64,000 bases of DNA from Bacteroidota bacterium (GCA_023430465.1 JAEZAM010000039.1:1-64000), one strand, 5' to 3'. Positions 22,778-33,611 are shown, counted from the first letter of the stretch. The notes: generated by a model not told the origin, from the letters alone. Program-made: numbers and translations.

Positions 22778-25700
22778 TTGACACTGAACCGTATTTCCAG
22801 GAAATTTCTAAAGATCATTTCGATTACAATAGGGGTGATCCTGGCGTTGCTGATCGCGTTTCACTTCTGGTTCGTCCATCATTCTGAATCCCTGATCGAG
22901 GATATGGTCAGAGTCCAATCCAACGGTAAGCTGAATCTCCAGGTAGAAAAATTCAAGTTCAACTGGTTCAGTAAAAAAATGGAACTGCAAAATGCGGTGT
23001 TCTTTTCCACCGACACAGCAACTGCATCCACCGGCTACCGCTTTCGGATCGATCGGCTGCGGATTGAAGTAAAGGCAATTCTGCCCGTATTGTTCGAAAA
23101 GAAATTCCTGATCGATTCGATTCACGTCGTCAACCCGGACATTACCGTCACGCGATTGCGTTCCAACAGGGATACACTCGCTGCAAACGATACCACTTCC
23201 GGTCTTTCCATTCCACAGGAAATGGGCCGCATCTATAACTCCATCCAGGACGCATTGAAGGTGCTAAGCGTAAACAGGTTCCAGATCGATAATGGGCGAT
23301 TCTCATTGATCAATAAGATTCGCCCTTATGATGAGCCGATCGTGATCTCCAACCTGAATTTTCACCTGGAAAACCTAAAGGTGGATACGTCCAAAAGTCC
23401 AGGCGAGCAAAAGATTCTTTTCAGCGATAACGTGGCATTGCATACTACCAACCAGGACATTGTATTTCCTGACGGGAGGCACCGCCTTAGCTTTAGCAAT
23501 TTCCGGATCAATATTCTCAAGCGACTGGTGGAATTTGACAGTTGTACGATCCTTGCCACCAAAGGCGACAGTTCGAAAAGCTCATTCCGTATCTTCTTCG
23601 ATAAGCTAATGCTTACGAACATCGATTTCGACACACTCTATCACAGCGAGGTGATCAAAGCCGACTCCGTTTATTGTATCAATCCGCGTTTCAGACTGGA
23701 CGTGGACCTGAAAAAAAGAACCGGCCCGGTGAAGCCGCCAAAACTGAATGAACTCATCCAGCAACTGACAGGTAACCTTGAACTCGCATTCGTGATCGTC
23801 CAGAACGGATCGTTTGATATCAATACGATGAGGGAGGGCAGGCCAAGTTCCTTCACTTCCTATAATAACAATTTTGAACTCCAGGGTCTTCGTATCAAGC
23901 AGGATGCACCCCGGCCGATGACGGTGGAGAAGTTCGTAATGGCCATCCGCAACTACGAGAATTTCCTTCGTGACAGCACTTACGCCATCCAGTTCGACAG
24001 TGTGCTCATCAATAACAACAGGATCAATCTGAATAATTTTACTTACCAGAAAATCGAGAACAGCCGGGTATTGAACAAGCTGGTCATTCCACAATTTGCG
24101 CTGGAAGGCCTTTCATGGGATAACCTCATCATCGGTCAGCAGTTGAAAGCGGAAAATGTGGTGTTGTTCAAACCGGTGATCACGTATGATCTTACAAGGA
24201 AGAAAACGGCTGTACGCCGTGATGTGTTCCAGACGTTGCAGGGAATCGCCGAGGTAATGGAGCTGGACAATGTGGATGTCATCGACGGGCGGATCAACCT
24301 GATCTTCCGGAATAACATCCGGCTTGAGCTCGAGGAAGCCAGTATGACCTTGCGTGCGCGTGATCTGGTGATGGCCAATCGCTACGCCGGCATTCACCGG
24401 TCGGTGAACAACCTGAAATTCAAAAGAGGGCGGTTGTTGATGAATGGAATGACGCTCATACTCGATGATGTGAAATTCTATGGAGCCAATAATCAACTCA
24501 TAGCAGGTAAGGTACAGGTTCAGACAAAAGATCGCATAACGATCGGTGCAAACGGCGTGAGCATAAACTCGGTGGTGATCTCCGAGAAAGACGGATCCGC
24601 AGCAATAGATGGCGTTCGGTGGGCAAGTGCCAAGCTGGATGTACCGGTACTTCCAAAGGGCGGCGGCAGTGGGAATAGTCCGCTTACCTTTACCAATGTT
24701 TCAGGAGCTAATACACAGGTTGCTTTAAAAAAGCCCGGACAGGATGTGCACGTATTGCTTCGTTCAATAAGCGCGGACAACATAAAAATGATTCCGGGCA
24801 ACCCAATGCAGATCGATGGGTTGAAAGCGACGGGGGAAAACCTTATCTACAACAACGGGGAGCTGAAGATCTCCGCAAAAACCCTCGCGATCAGCGACAG
24901 GGCGAGTTCCAATATCAGCAATGTCAGCTTTTACCATCGTAAAGGCAATGATTCACTGGTGATCGATGTCCCAACACTTCGCATCACTCCCGACATCAAT
25001 GCATTGCTCAGGGGGGACGCCAGTTCCACCGCAGTAGTACTTGAGAAGCCCGTGATTGCCGTATCGATCAGCCCTTCACCGTTTGATGCCGCCAAAGAAC
25101 CGCAAGCGGACGCGCTTCGTCTTGGTAAACTTTCCCTGGTTCAGCCATCCATCGATGTACACCTGATGAAAGACAGCCAGCAAACCAGTTTTAGATGGCG
25201 GGGAGCCGACGCAACCAGCCATCTCGATATAACGGATCTCGCCATCGACCGGAAGGAAGGTCATATCAGTGTCGGAAAGCTATCCTTTCTTCTTGATCAC
25301 TTTGACCTGGAGTCATCGAAGCGTAAACGATTCGATGCAGGCAAGGGTCAGCTCGCTGCTTCTCTCCGTGCAATATCGCTGCAACGCTCCGATGCAGGGT
25401 GGGACTGGCAGGGAGAACTCGACCTGCTAACAGCAAAAGATTTTATCCTTGACAGCCTTGGGAAAAGAAACGGGACACTCGTGCTGAACAGCGGCACTTT
25501 AAAAGACCTTAGCATCAACTCCTTCTGGCTGCTTGATCTCAGGAAGGTGGTGAGCAACAATAAGAATTTCAATGTGGCCAGTCTTACCGGCCAGTTCACA
25601 GATACTGTCAGTCGCTTTTTCTGGAACAATGCAGGGTATGACAAACGCACGCGGCGACTCACGATGGATTCATTTATATACCGGCCCACACCTGAACGTG

Positions 25701-26635
25701 AGATCTTTTTATCCCGACAAAAATTCCAGACGGATTATCTCACGGCAAGAACAGGCAGGCTTTCCGTCGGACCACTTGATATAGACCGGCTCACCAACGA
25801 CACCATACTGGACCTCGGTGTTGTATTGGTCGACAGCGGCTTCATGAACAGCTTCCGTGATCAACGTTTCCCCCGCAGGACGGATGTAGTCAAACCACTT
25901 CCTGTCAACCTGCTCAAGCGCATCCCGCTAAAAGTGATGGCCGATACGCTGCGCGTGCAAAACAGCCTGATCGAATACGAGGAATTCAATGCGCGCACCA
26001 ATGCTTCCGGTAAGATCACGGTCAGCGAACTCACCGCCGAACTTACCCGCATCCGCAATTTTGATTTGATGCCAACGGATAGTCTCGATATCCGCGCCTC
26101 TGCTCGCATAGAGCATGAGGTGCATACAAAACTGCATGTGCGCGAGTCATACACGGATACACTTTCCGGCTTCCTGATGACCGCCACAATGGGCCCTGCC
26201 GATCTGAAAAAATTGAATCCTGTCCTCGGTCCACTGGCTTCTGTAACGCTGGTATCCGGAAAGCTCGATTCAATGACCACGCGGGTCGCCGGGCGGGAAT
26301 ACCTGGCCTTCGGAGAAATGATGTTAAAGTACCACGACCTCAAGATCCGTGTCCTGAAAAAAGGAGGCCGCGAAAAACGCCCACTGCTTGGCCCACTCGC
26401 GGATCTGCTTGTCAATACTTTGGTGAAGAACAAGAATGAAAAACGATCAGGCACTGTTTTCTTTGAGCGGCTGCGTGACAGGTCTGCCGTAAATTATCTT
26501 GTGAAAATTACCCTCAGCGGTATCACCAGCAGCGTGGGGCTCAGGAATAACAGGAAAACCATTCGCCGGTACAACAGGCAACTAAAAGAAAAAAATCTCC
26601 CACCGATCAAGGGTACGCCTGTAATGGCGGATTAG
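22778..26635 (+). CDS. AsmA/TamB-like giant envelope protein
   Basis: 1285 aa, TTG start, one N-terminal TM anchor (ISITIGVILALLIAFHFWFV) followed by a very long beta-rich periplasmic region; family by architecture only. Confidence 0.5.
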   Translation: MTLNRISRKFLKIISITIGVILALLIAFHFWFVHHSESLIEDMVRVQSNGKLNLQVEKFKFNWFSKKMELQNAVFFSTDTATASTGYRFRIDRLRIEVKAILPVLFEKKFLIDSIHVVNPDITVTRLRSNRDTLAANDTTSGLSIPQEMGRIYNSIQDALKVLSVNRFQIDNGRFSLINKIRPYDEPIVISNLNFHLENLKVDTSKSPGEQKILFSDNVALHTTNQDIVFPDGRHRLSFSNFRINILKRLVEFDSCTILATKGDSSKSSFRIFFDKLMLTNIDFDTLYHSEVIKADSVYCINPRFRLDVDLKKRTGPVKPPKLNELIQQLTGNLELAFVIVQNGSFDINTMREGRPSSFTSYNNNFELQGLRIKQDAPRPMTVEKFVMAIRNYENFLRDSTYAIQFDSVLINNNRINLNNFTYQKIENSRVLNKLVIPQFALEGLSWDNLIIGQQLKAENVVLFKPVITYDLTRKKTAVRRDVFQTLQGIAEVMELDNVDVIDGRINLIFRNNIRLELEEASMTLRARDLVMANRYAGIHRSVNNLKFKRGRLLMNGMTLILDDVKFYGANNQLIAGKVQVQTKDRITIGANGVSINSVVISEKDGSAAIDGVRWASAKLDVPVLPKGGGSGNSPLTFTNVSGANTQVALKKPGQDVHVLLRSISADNIKMIPGNPMQIDGLKATGENLIYNNGELKISAKTLAISDRASSNISNVSFYHRKGNDSLVIDVPTLRITPDINALLRGDASSTAVVLEKPVIAVSISPSPFDAAKEPQADALRLGKLSLVQPSIDVHLMKDSQQTSFRWRGADATSHLDITDLAIDRKEGHISVGKLSFLLDHFDLESSKRKRFDAGKGQLAASLRAISLQRSDAGWDWQGELDLLTAKDFILDSLGKRNGTLVLNSGTLKDLSINSFWLLDLRKVVSNNKNFNVASLTGQFTDTVSRFFWNNAGYDKRTRRLTMDSFIYRPTPEREIFLSRQKFQTDYLTARTGRLSVGPLDIDRLTNDTILDLGVVLVDSGFMNSFRDQRFPRRTDVVKPLPVNLLKRIPLKVMADTLRVQNSLIEYEEFNARTNASGKITVSELTAELTRIRNFDLMPTDSLDIRASARIEHEVHTKLHVRESYTDTLSGFLMTATMGPADLKKLNPVLGPLASVTLVSGKLDSMTTRVAGREYLAFGEMMLKYHDLKIRVLKKGGREKRPLLGPLADLLVNTLVKNKNEKRSGTVFFERLRDRSAVNYLVKITLSGITSSVGLRNNRKTIRRYNRQLKEKNLPPIKGTPVMAD

Positions 26636-26738
26636 GCCCCATATTTTTTTCCGCTGCACTGATTTTGATACAAGCAAAATTCTCTTACCTTCACAGTAAA
26701 TAGTTGTTTAACTAACTATTTTTCTTTTCCAGGGATAA

Positions 26739-29126
26739 ATGTCAATTATGAACAGAAAGATCAGGAAAGTTGCCGTACTGGGCAGTGGAGTTATGGGCTC
26801 CCGCATTGCCTGCCATTTTGCAGGGGTTGGTGTGCAGGTTTTGTTGCTCGATATGGTGCCAAAAGAAGCGACAGAAAGCACAAAACCCGCCGAACGGAAT
26901 AAACTGGTCAATGATGCGCTGGCTGCGGCCATCAAGAGCAATCCTTCGCCTGTGTATACAAAGGACGTAGTGAAAAAGATTTCAACCGGCAACTTTGATG
27001 ACCACATGAAAGACATTGCTTCCTGTGACTGGATCATTGAAGTAGTGGTGGAGCGCCTTGATATAAAAAAGCTGATCTATGACAAGGTTGAACAGCACCG
27101 GAAGCCAGGCACGCTGGTAACATCGAATACGTCAGGGATTCCTATTCACATGATGGCGGAGGGCCGCAGCGAGGATTTTCGGAAGCACTTTTGTGGCACA
27201 CACTTCTTTAACCCTCCGCGTTACCTGCGCCTGCTGGAAATCATACCCACTCCCGAAACTGACCAGGCCGTGGTTGACTTCCTGCTGCATTACGGAGATC
27301 TGATCCTTGGCAAAACAACCGTCCTGGCAAAGGATACCCCCGCCTTCATCGCGAACAGGATCGGGGTCTATGGCATCATGGCCATCTTCGGACTCGTTGA
27401 TAAACTGGGATTGACGATCGATGAGATCGATGCATTGACAGGTCCCGTTATCGGTCGTCCAAAATCAGCCACCTTCCGTACTGCCGATGTGGTAGGTATC
27501 GATACCCTTGTCAAGGTAGCCAAAGGGGTTTATGACAACTGCCCCACCGACGAGGCACGTGATTCTTTTGTGATTCCCGCATGGCTCAATAAGATGGTGG
27601 AGAATAACTGGCTGGGCGACAAGACCGGGCAGGGATTTTTTTCCAAGAAGAAATCTGCAACTGGCGAAAAGGAGATCTGGACGCTTGATCTTGCTACTGC
27701 CGAATACAAGCCACGCACAAAACCCAAATTCGCCACGCTGGAAACCGCAAAGCCGATCGATGACCTGCATCAGCGGCTAAAAATGCTGGTGGCAGGCCAG
27801 GACAAGGCTGGCGAATTCTACCGCCATTTCCATTATGGGCTGTTCTCCTATATTTCTTTCAGGATCCCGGAGATAAGTGATGAAGTGTATCGCGTGGATG
27901 ATGCGATGATGGCCGGTTTTGGATGGGAGATAGGTGCATTCGAAAGCTGGGATGTACTTGGCGTGGAGCGCACCGTGAAAGCCATGAAAGATGCAGGCTA
28001 CAAAGTTGCCCCTTGGGTTGAGGAAATGTTGTCTGCAGGTAATAAAACATTTTATAAAGTAGAAAATGGCAAGCGCTTCAGCTATGATCCCGCGTCCAGG
28101 TCATATAAGCCCTTGCCGGGCGGTGAGTCATTCATCGTTCTCAGCAATTACCAGGATAAACTTGTCTGGAAAAATGCAAGCTGCCGCCTCTATGATATTG
28201 GTGACGATGTGCTTGGACTGCAGTGGTCGACTAAAATGGGCAGCATCGGTGGTGATGTGCTTTCAGGGATTCAAACAGCCATAGAAAAAGCCGAGAAAGA
28301 TTATAAAGGGCTCGTGATTGGAAATGAAGGGCTGAACTTTTCCGCGGGTGCCAACGTAGGCATGATCTTCATGCTCGCGATCGACCAGGAGTACGATGAA
28401 CTTGACATGGCCATCCGGCTTTTCCAGAACACGATGATGCGTGCGCGGTATTCGTCCGTTCCCGTTATCGTAGCTCCCCATGGCCTAGCACTCGGGGGCG
28501 CCTGTGAACTTAGCCTGCATGCCGACAAGGTTTGCCCGGCTGCCGAAACATACACCGGTCTTGTTGAGCTCGGCGTGGGCCTGATACCCGGTGGTGGTGG
28601 TACAAAGGAGTTTGTATTGCGTGCCGCTGATGAAATGCACGAAGACGAGCCCGAAACAATCACATTGAAGAACAGGTTCCTCACCATAGCCACGGCCAAA
28701 GTGGCGACCAGCGCGGCCGAGGGCTTCAACATCGGTGTTTATCGGAAAGGGTTGGATGAGGTGGTGGTCAACCAGAACAGGCGCATAGCCGAAGCGAAAC
28801 GTTCCGCCATTGAAATATATGACAGTGGTTATACCGCTCCGGTTCAACGAAAAGATATCAAAGTGCTTGGCCAGTCAGCGCTGGGTGCACTCTATGCAGG
28901 TATTCATGCGATGAAGACAGCAGGATATGCAACCGAACATGATTCACTGGTTGCAAAAAAACTGGCGTATGTGATGTGCGGTGGTGACCTGAGCGAGCCC
29001 ACCCTGGTATCTGAACAATATCTCCTCGACCTGGAGCGCGAGGCTTTCCTTTCGCTTTGCGGGGAAAGGAAATCATTGGAGCGTATACAAAGTGTGCTGA
29101 AGAGCGGCAAGCCCATTCGCAATTAG
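26739..29126 (+). CDS. multifunctional fatty-acid oxidation protein: 3-hydroxyacyl-CoA dehydrogenase (N-terminal) fused to enoyl-CoA hydratase/crotonase (C-terminal)
   Basis: N-terminal Rossmann VAVLGSGVMGSRIA plus 3HCDH core; C-terminal crotonase fold (FSAGANVGM oxyanion region); domain order reversed relative to E. coli FadB, as common in Bacteroidota. Confidence 0.85.
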   Translation: MSIMNRKIRKVAVLGSGVMGSRIACHFAGVGVQVLLLDMVPKEATESTKPAERNKLVNDALAAAIKSNPSPVYTKDVVKKISTGNFDDHMKDIASCDWIIEVVVERLDIKKLIYDKVEQHRKPGTLVTSNTSGIPIHMMAEGRSEDFRKHFCGTHFFNPPRYLRLLEIIPTPETDQAVVDFLLHYGDLILGKTTVLAKDTPAFIANRIGVYGIMAIFGLVDKLGLTIDEIDALTGPVIGRPKSATFRTADVVGIDTLVKVAKGVYDNCPTDEARDSFVIPAWLNKMVENNWLGDKTGQGFFSKKKSATGEKEIWTLDLATAEYKPRTKPKFATLETAKPIDDLHQRLKMLVAGQDKAGEFYRHFHYGLFSYISFRIPEISDEVYRVDDAMMAGFGWEIGAFESWDVLGVERTVKAMKDAGYKVAPWVEEMLSAGNKTFYKVENGKRFSYDPASRSYKPLPGGESFIVLSNYQDKLVWKNASCRLYDIGDDVLGLQWSTKMGSIGGDVLSGIQTAIEKAEKDYKGLVIGNEGLNFSAGANVGMIFMLAIDQEYDELDMAIRLFQNTMMRARYSSVPVIVAPHGLALGGACELSLHADKVCPAAETYTGLVELGVGLIPGGGGTKEFVLRAADEMHEDEPETITLKNRFLTIATAKVATSAAEGFNIGVYRKGLDEVVVNQNRRIAEAKRSAIEIYDSGYTAPVQRKDIKVLGQSALGALYAGIHAMKTAGYATEHDSLVAKKLAYVMCGGDLSEPTLVSEQYLLDLEREAFLSLCGERKSLERIQSVLKSGKPIRN

Positions 29127-29144
29127 GTTATAAAAAATGATCCA

Positions 29145-29819
29145 ATGGGGACAGTGGAAATCATTGATGCCCGGCAATTGCTGATCCGGTCCCACATCGT
29201 GACCTATGGCAATGCTGCGGATGAAGAAGTCACTGAACTTATCCGGTCAGAGATCGAAACTATGTGGAATGAGCCGGCAGCGGAAATGTTACAGCGCGGC
29301 GAGCTCTGCCTGCGGTTTAGCATAACCGCGACGTGTCGCCCGGATATTTCGCCGGATGAGATCATGAGCAATACTGACCCGTTGAACAATTACTTTCGCA
29401 TCGAGCGGACCGCCCAGGGAAACATCTCCTTTGTGGACGGCATTGGCAGCAATACAGGTTATTTCCTCCTCGAAAACCTCTACGCGGGTTCCACCACAGC
29501 CGCTCATGAATATGGTCATACATTGGGTCTCGTTCATCCCACCGATCTGGACTTGCGGGGTAAGGGGGTACCGGGCATCATGTATCCGCGTGGGACGATC
29601 GTTGATCCTCCATTCCAGTACAATCCCGCCTCACAGCCAGGCGACAGCAACAATGGGGGAACCATGCATCCTAAGAACCGCCGGGTGCTTCCTGCGGATA
29701 TCCTTGCTCTCCATCCATCCAACCTGCGACGAGAAAAACTGATAGGGGATTTCACCAGCATCTGGCATCCCGACCATGCTTCCGTGGATTGGAACACCCG
29801 GGAAATATTCGGCGCCTGA
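29145..29819 (+). CDS. minimal metzincin-like zinc peptidase without signal peptide
   Basis: 224 aa; HEYGHTLGLVH (HEXXHXXGXXH) followed 20 aa later by a Met-turn-like GIMYP; 18 bp after the fadB-like stop. Confidence 0.45.
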   Translation: MGTVEIIDARQLLIRSHIVTYGNAADEEVTELIRSEIETMWNEPAAEMLQRGELCLRFSITATCRPDISPDEIMSNTDPLNNYFRIERTAQGNISFVDGIGSNTGYFLLENLYAGSTTAAHEYGHTLGLVHPTDLDLRGKGVPGIMYPRGTIVDPPFQYNPASQPGDSNNGGTMHPKNRRVLPADILALHPSNLRREKLIGDFTSIWHPDHASVDWNTREIFGA

Positions 29820-29921
29820 AGCTTTAACCGCTGCTCACAATTTGCTTCGCCGCGACGGAAATCTTGCTAACTTCCTTTCTTTAATGAAACAATCGTCTTT
29901 CTAAAGACCAACATCTGAATT

Positions 29922-31286
29922 ATGAGAAAAAAATGGCTCGCCCTGGCAACAGGGCTCACGGTTTCCATAGCCGTGATGGCTCAACCAAGACTCCCCCAGA
30001 ATTACTACTGGACAAAACTGGCAAACGGCCTCGAAGTTGTCGTGATCGAAAACAGCAAAGTGCCACTGGCCACCATCGAGATTGCGGTGAAAAATGGTGC
30101 CTACACAGAGGGGCCGGAATACAGTGGTCTCTCGCATCTGTTTGAACATATGTTCTTCAAGGCAAACAAGGACTATCCTGACCAGGAGCAATACATCCGC
30201 CGCACAGAGGAACTCGGGATGATCTGGAACGGTACTACCAGCGTAGAGCGCGTGAACTACTTCTTCACCTTCGATAAGGACAGCCTCGATGCCGGCCTTC
30301 GCTTTATGAACTCCGCTATCCGGTTCCCGGTATACCGTACCGAGGATATGCAAAAAGAAAGACCGGTTGTAGATGGCGAATTCCAGCGAATGGAAAGTGA
30401 TCCTGGTTCCCAGCTCTGGCTCGAAACGCAAAAACAAACCTGGGGCGCGAATGTGACCCGCAAGAATCCCATCGGTGATCACGATGTCATCAATTCCGCT
30501 ACACCGGAGAAGATGATGATCATCAAGGACAAATATTATTACCCCAATAACTCGATCCTCGTTATCGCAGGCGATGTGAAACATACCGAGGCTTTTGCAG
30601 ATGCACAGCGGATTTTCGGCGACTGGAAGGCAAGTGACTTCGATCCGCACGAGAAATTTCCCATCCCCGAGTTTGAACCGATCAGGGAAAACAAATACTT
30701 CATCAAGGAAATGTCCATTGCCCAAACGCCATATATCATGATGCAGTGGCATGGCCCGGATACACGCAATGATTCCCTCAATACAATTGTCGCCGATGTG
30801 TTCTCCGGTATACTGGCACTGAACTCCTCTAAATGGCAACAGGCGTTGATCGACAAAGGACTCGCCTCTTATGCCAGCGTGAGTTATTCCACTAACAAAT
30901 ATGTGGGACCAATCCAGGTGTTCCTGGTTCCCAACCCCGGAAAGATGAAGGAGTGTTATGCAGAGGTACTGAATCAACTCAGCCATTTCGGTGATGCAGA
31001 TTATTTCACCGATGAGCAGATAGCGACGGCAAAAGAAATCATCTATCGCAACAACATCCGCAGCACGGAAAAGCCATCCTCACTTGCTTCCCAACTTACC
31101 TATCATTGGTGCAGCACATCATTGCCGTATTTCACCGATTATATCGGTGCTTGCCAGAAAGTTACCAGGCAGCAGTTGCAGGACTATGCAAAAAAATATA
31201 TCGTAGCCAAACCTTTCGTAGCCGGCATGATCATCAACAAGGAAATGAATGAGCAGCTCAAGCCTGCTGAATACTTCAAAAATTAA
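29922..31286 (+). CDS. M16 (pitrilysin/insulinase) family peptidase, catalytically competent
   Basis: signal peptide; inverted zinc motif HLFEHMFF (HXXEH) plus a downstream Glu. Confidence 0.8.
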   Translation: MRKKWLALATGLTVSIAVMAQPRLPQNYYWTKLANGLEVVVIENSKVPLATIEIAVKNGAYTEGPEYSGLSHLFEHMFFKANKDYPDQEQYIRRTEELGMIWNGTTSVERVNYFFTFDKDSLDAGLRFMNSAIRFPVYRTEDMQKERPVVDGEFQRMESDPGSQLWLETQKQTWGANVTRKNPIGDHDVINSATPEKMMIIKDKYYYPNNSILVIAGDVKHTEAFADAQRIFGDWKASDFDPHEKFPIPEFEPIRENKYFIKEMSIAQTPYIMMQWHGPDTRNDSLNTIVADVFSGILALNSSKWQQALIDKGLASYASVSYSTNKYVGPIQVFLVPNPGKMKECYAEVLNQLSHFGDADYFTDEQIATAKEIIYRNNIRSTEKPSSLASQLTYHWCSTSLPYFTDYIGACQKVTRQQLQDYAKKYIVAKPFVAGMIINKEMNEQLKPAEYFKN

Positions 31287-31297
31287 ACAAGACCACA

Positions 31298-32635
31298 ATG
31301 AAGAAGACTATTTATATATTATTCCTGGCCATGCTAGCCCTTCCGGCCATGGTTTCGGCGCAGGCAGGCAAGCCATATGACATGATGATAAACGGTGTCA
31401 AGGTAATCGTGCAACCAAGCGGAAATGATATCGTGGTTGTGCAAACGGTCATCAAAGGCGGCGTGCAGAATTACCCGGCTGCAAAGGCGGGTATTGAAAA
31501 CCTGGCGATCAACGCGCTGACGGAATGCGGTACTGCAAAAGATGACAAGAACAGCTTCAAAGACAAGCTTGATAAGATGAGCGCCATCATCAGCGGCTAT
31601 TCGGGGATGGATTATGCCAGTGTGAATATGAATTGCATAAAAGGAGATTTTGATGCTGTCTGGAATCTGTATACCGATGCCATCACTGCTCCAAGATTTG
31701 ATGTAAAAGAGTTTGACCGGATCAGGCAGGATGCTGTAAATAATATCCGCGCCAGTGAATCAAACCCGGATAACTCGATCGATAAGTTTGCGAAGCAAAC
31801 AGCATTTGCCGGTAAGAACTACGCCAAGGATCCCCAGGGAACCGTGGCTACGGTGGAATTGTTGAAAGCCGCGGAAGTAAAAAAATACTGGCAGTCGATC
31901 GCAACACGTTCAAGAATGGTGATCGTGGTGGTTGCCGACCTTGATAAAGCGGTGATCGAGAAAAAAGTGAAAGAGTTCCTCGCAAAGGTTCCTGCGGGCA
32001 AGCCATTTGTGGCTGACAAAGCTGCTTATGTGCCTGCTGCCAATACGTTCAAGGCCCAGGACAGGGAGAATGCCACTAACTATGTACAGGGCATCACCAG
32101 CGGCCCGCAGCCTGGTACGCCGGATTATAACGCGTTCGTGCTCGCGATGCAGATATTTTCCAGCCGTCATTTCGTTGAGGTGCGTTCAAAGAATGGTTTG
32201 TCTTATGCACCCGGTGCCTGGTTCACTCCCGGCCGCACACCATACGCCAATATTTATGTGACTACGACCGAGCCTGATAAGTATATCGCTGTCGCGCGTG
32301 CACTCATTGATAAGATCAAGGCGGAAGGATTCACCGAAGCAGAATTGAAAAATGAAAAAACGGGCTACCTCACAGGGGTCTACTATCGCCAGGAAACCAA
32401 TGAGGCGCAGGCCGCTTCACTTGCCGGCAACGAAGTGATCCACGGCAACTGGCAGCGTGCCATCAAGATCAAGGATGATATCAAGAAAGTAACACTTGAT
32501 CAGTTGAATGCCGCTTTCAAAAAGTATATCAACAACATTACCTGGGTTTACCAGGGGGATTCAAAGAAAGTGACTCCCACGATGTATACCCAAAAGGCAA
32601 CACCCGCCATGCCTGCTGAGAAAAAGGCATTCTAA
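31298..32635 (+). CDS. M16-family peptidase-like protein lacking the HXXEH motif (non-catalytic partner)
   Basis: signal peptide; insulinase-like length and layout; no HXXEH; 11 bp after the active M16 gene. Confidence 0.65.
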   Translation: MKKTIYILFLAMLALPAMVSAQAGKPYDMMINGVKVIVQPSGNDIVVVQTVIKGGVQNYPAAKAGIENLAINALTECGTAKDDKNSFKDKLDKMSAIISGYSGMDYASVNMNCIKGDFDAVWNLYTDAITAPRFDVKEFDRIRQDAVNNIRASESNPDNSIDKFAKQTAFAGKNYAKDPQGTVATVELLKAAEVKKYWQSIATRSRMVIVVVADLDKAVIEKKVKEFLAKVPAGKPFVADKAAYVPAANTFKAQDRENATNYVQGITSGPQPGTPDYNAFVLAMQIFSSRHFVEVRSKNGLSYAPGAWFTPGRTPYANIYVTTTEPDKYIAVARALIDKIKAEGFTEAELKNEKTGYLTGVYYRQETNEAQAASLAGNEVIHGNWQRAIKIKDDIKKVTLDQLNAAFKKYINNITWVYQGDSKKVTPTMYTQKATPAMPAEKKAF

Positions 32636-32681
32636 GAATATTTTAATTACCATGCCTGCTCCGCTACCGGGGCAGGCTTTT

Positions 32682-33611
32682 TTATGCCTTACCGGCGAGG
32701 GCGGTTACAGCGTTGCTGACCGAAGGATGTAAAAACGTAAAACCTGACAGTTGCAACTTCTTACTGCTCACAGTAGCGCTTTTCAGCACTTCAATGCTCA
32801 TGTCTCCAAGTGCCAGCTTTAGCGCGAATGAAGGAACATAAACCGGGATGAAGTATTTCCCCCGAAATTGTTTTGCTGTTTCCATTATGAGTTCTTTATT
32901 GGATACAGGTACAGGTGCCACCAGATTATATACACCATGGATGGACTCGTGTTCGATAGCGAAGGTGATAAACCGGATCACATCATCCACGTGAATCCAA
33001 CTGATGACCTGTTTACCATTTCCCAGGATGGTTGCGATGCCGAATTTCAGTGGTTTCCTGAACTCTTCCATGGCTCCGCCATCATTGGCGAGCACGATAC
33101 CTATCCGGCCCTGTACAAGCCGAAGCCTCTCCTTGAGCGGATGCAGGCTGTTTTCCCACAACACGCAGGTTCTGCCGAGAAAATCGTCGTTTGGCTGATC
33201 GGTCTCCTGGAATGGCGCCGTATTGGGAACCGCAGGATCAGGGCCATAGTAACCGATGGCCGATGCGCCAACGACCACCTTTATCTTATTTGGTAGTTCT
33301 CCAATAGCTTTTACCAGCAAGGCCCCGGAATCTACCCGGCTGTCCACGATCTCTTTTTTCCTTTTCTCCGACCATCGCTTTTCCGCTACACCCGCACCGG
33401 CAAGATGCACCAGTGCATCAGCTTCGGCAAGCGCGGCGGCATCTATGGTTCCACGGCCAATATCCCAGGAGGCATATCGTACTCCTGGCAATGGTTTAGC
33501 CTTTGCCGGATCCCTCGTAAGGATGATCACTTGATAACCAAGCCTGGTAAGATGTGTCGTAAGGGCCCGGCCTATCAGACCGGTACCGCCTGTGATCAGG
33601 ATTGTAGCCAT
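32682..33611 (-). CDS. TIGR01777/YfcH-family NAD-dependent epimerase-like protein (DUF1731 C-terminus)
   Basis: N-terminal ILITGGTGLIGRALT Rossmann motif; 309 aa with the YfcH-type C-terminal extension. Confidence 0.7.
   Translation of the reverse strand: MATILITGGTGLIGRALTTHLTRLGYQVIILTRDPAKAKPLPGVRYASWDIGRGTIDAAALAEADALVHLAGAGVAEKRWSEKRKKEIVDSRVDSGALLVKAIGELPNKIKVVVGASAIGYYGPDPAVPNTAPFQETDQPNDDFLGRTCVLWENSLHPLKERLRLVQGRIGIVLANDGGAMEEFRKPLKFGIATILGNGKQVISWIHVDDVIRFITFAIEHESIHGVYNLVAPVPVSNKELIMETAKQFRGKYFIPVYVPSFALKLALGDMSIEVLKSATVSSKKLQLSGFTFLHPSVSNAVTALAGKA

Noticed and set aside
22808-23125. 105-aa minus-strand ORF and similar small ORFs across 22778..26635
   Set aside because: All are antisense fragments inside the 1285-aa AsmA-like gene.
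29901-30986. 361-aa ORF on the minus strand
   Set aside because: Lies entirely antisense to the well-supported M16 peptidase gene (29922..31286). It has low-complexity His/Cys/Gly-rich composition and no motifs, so it is a shadow ORF.
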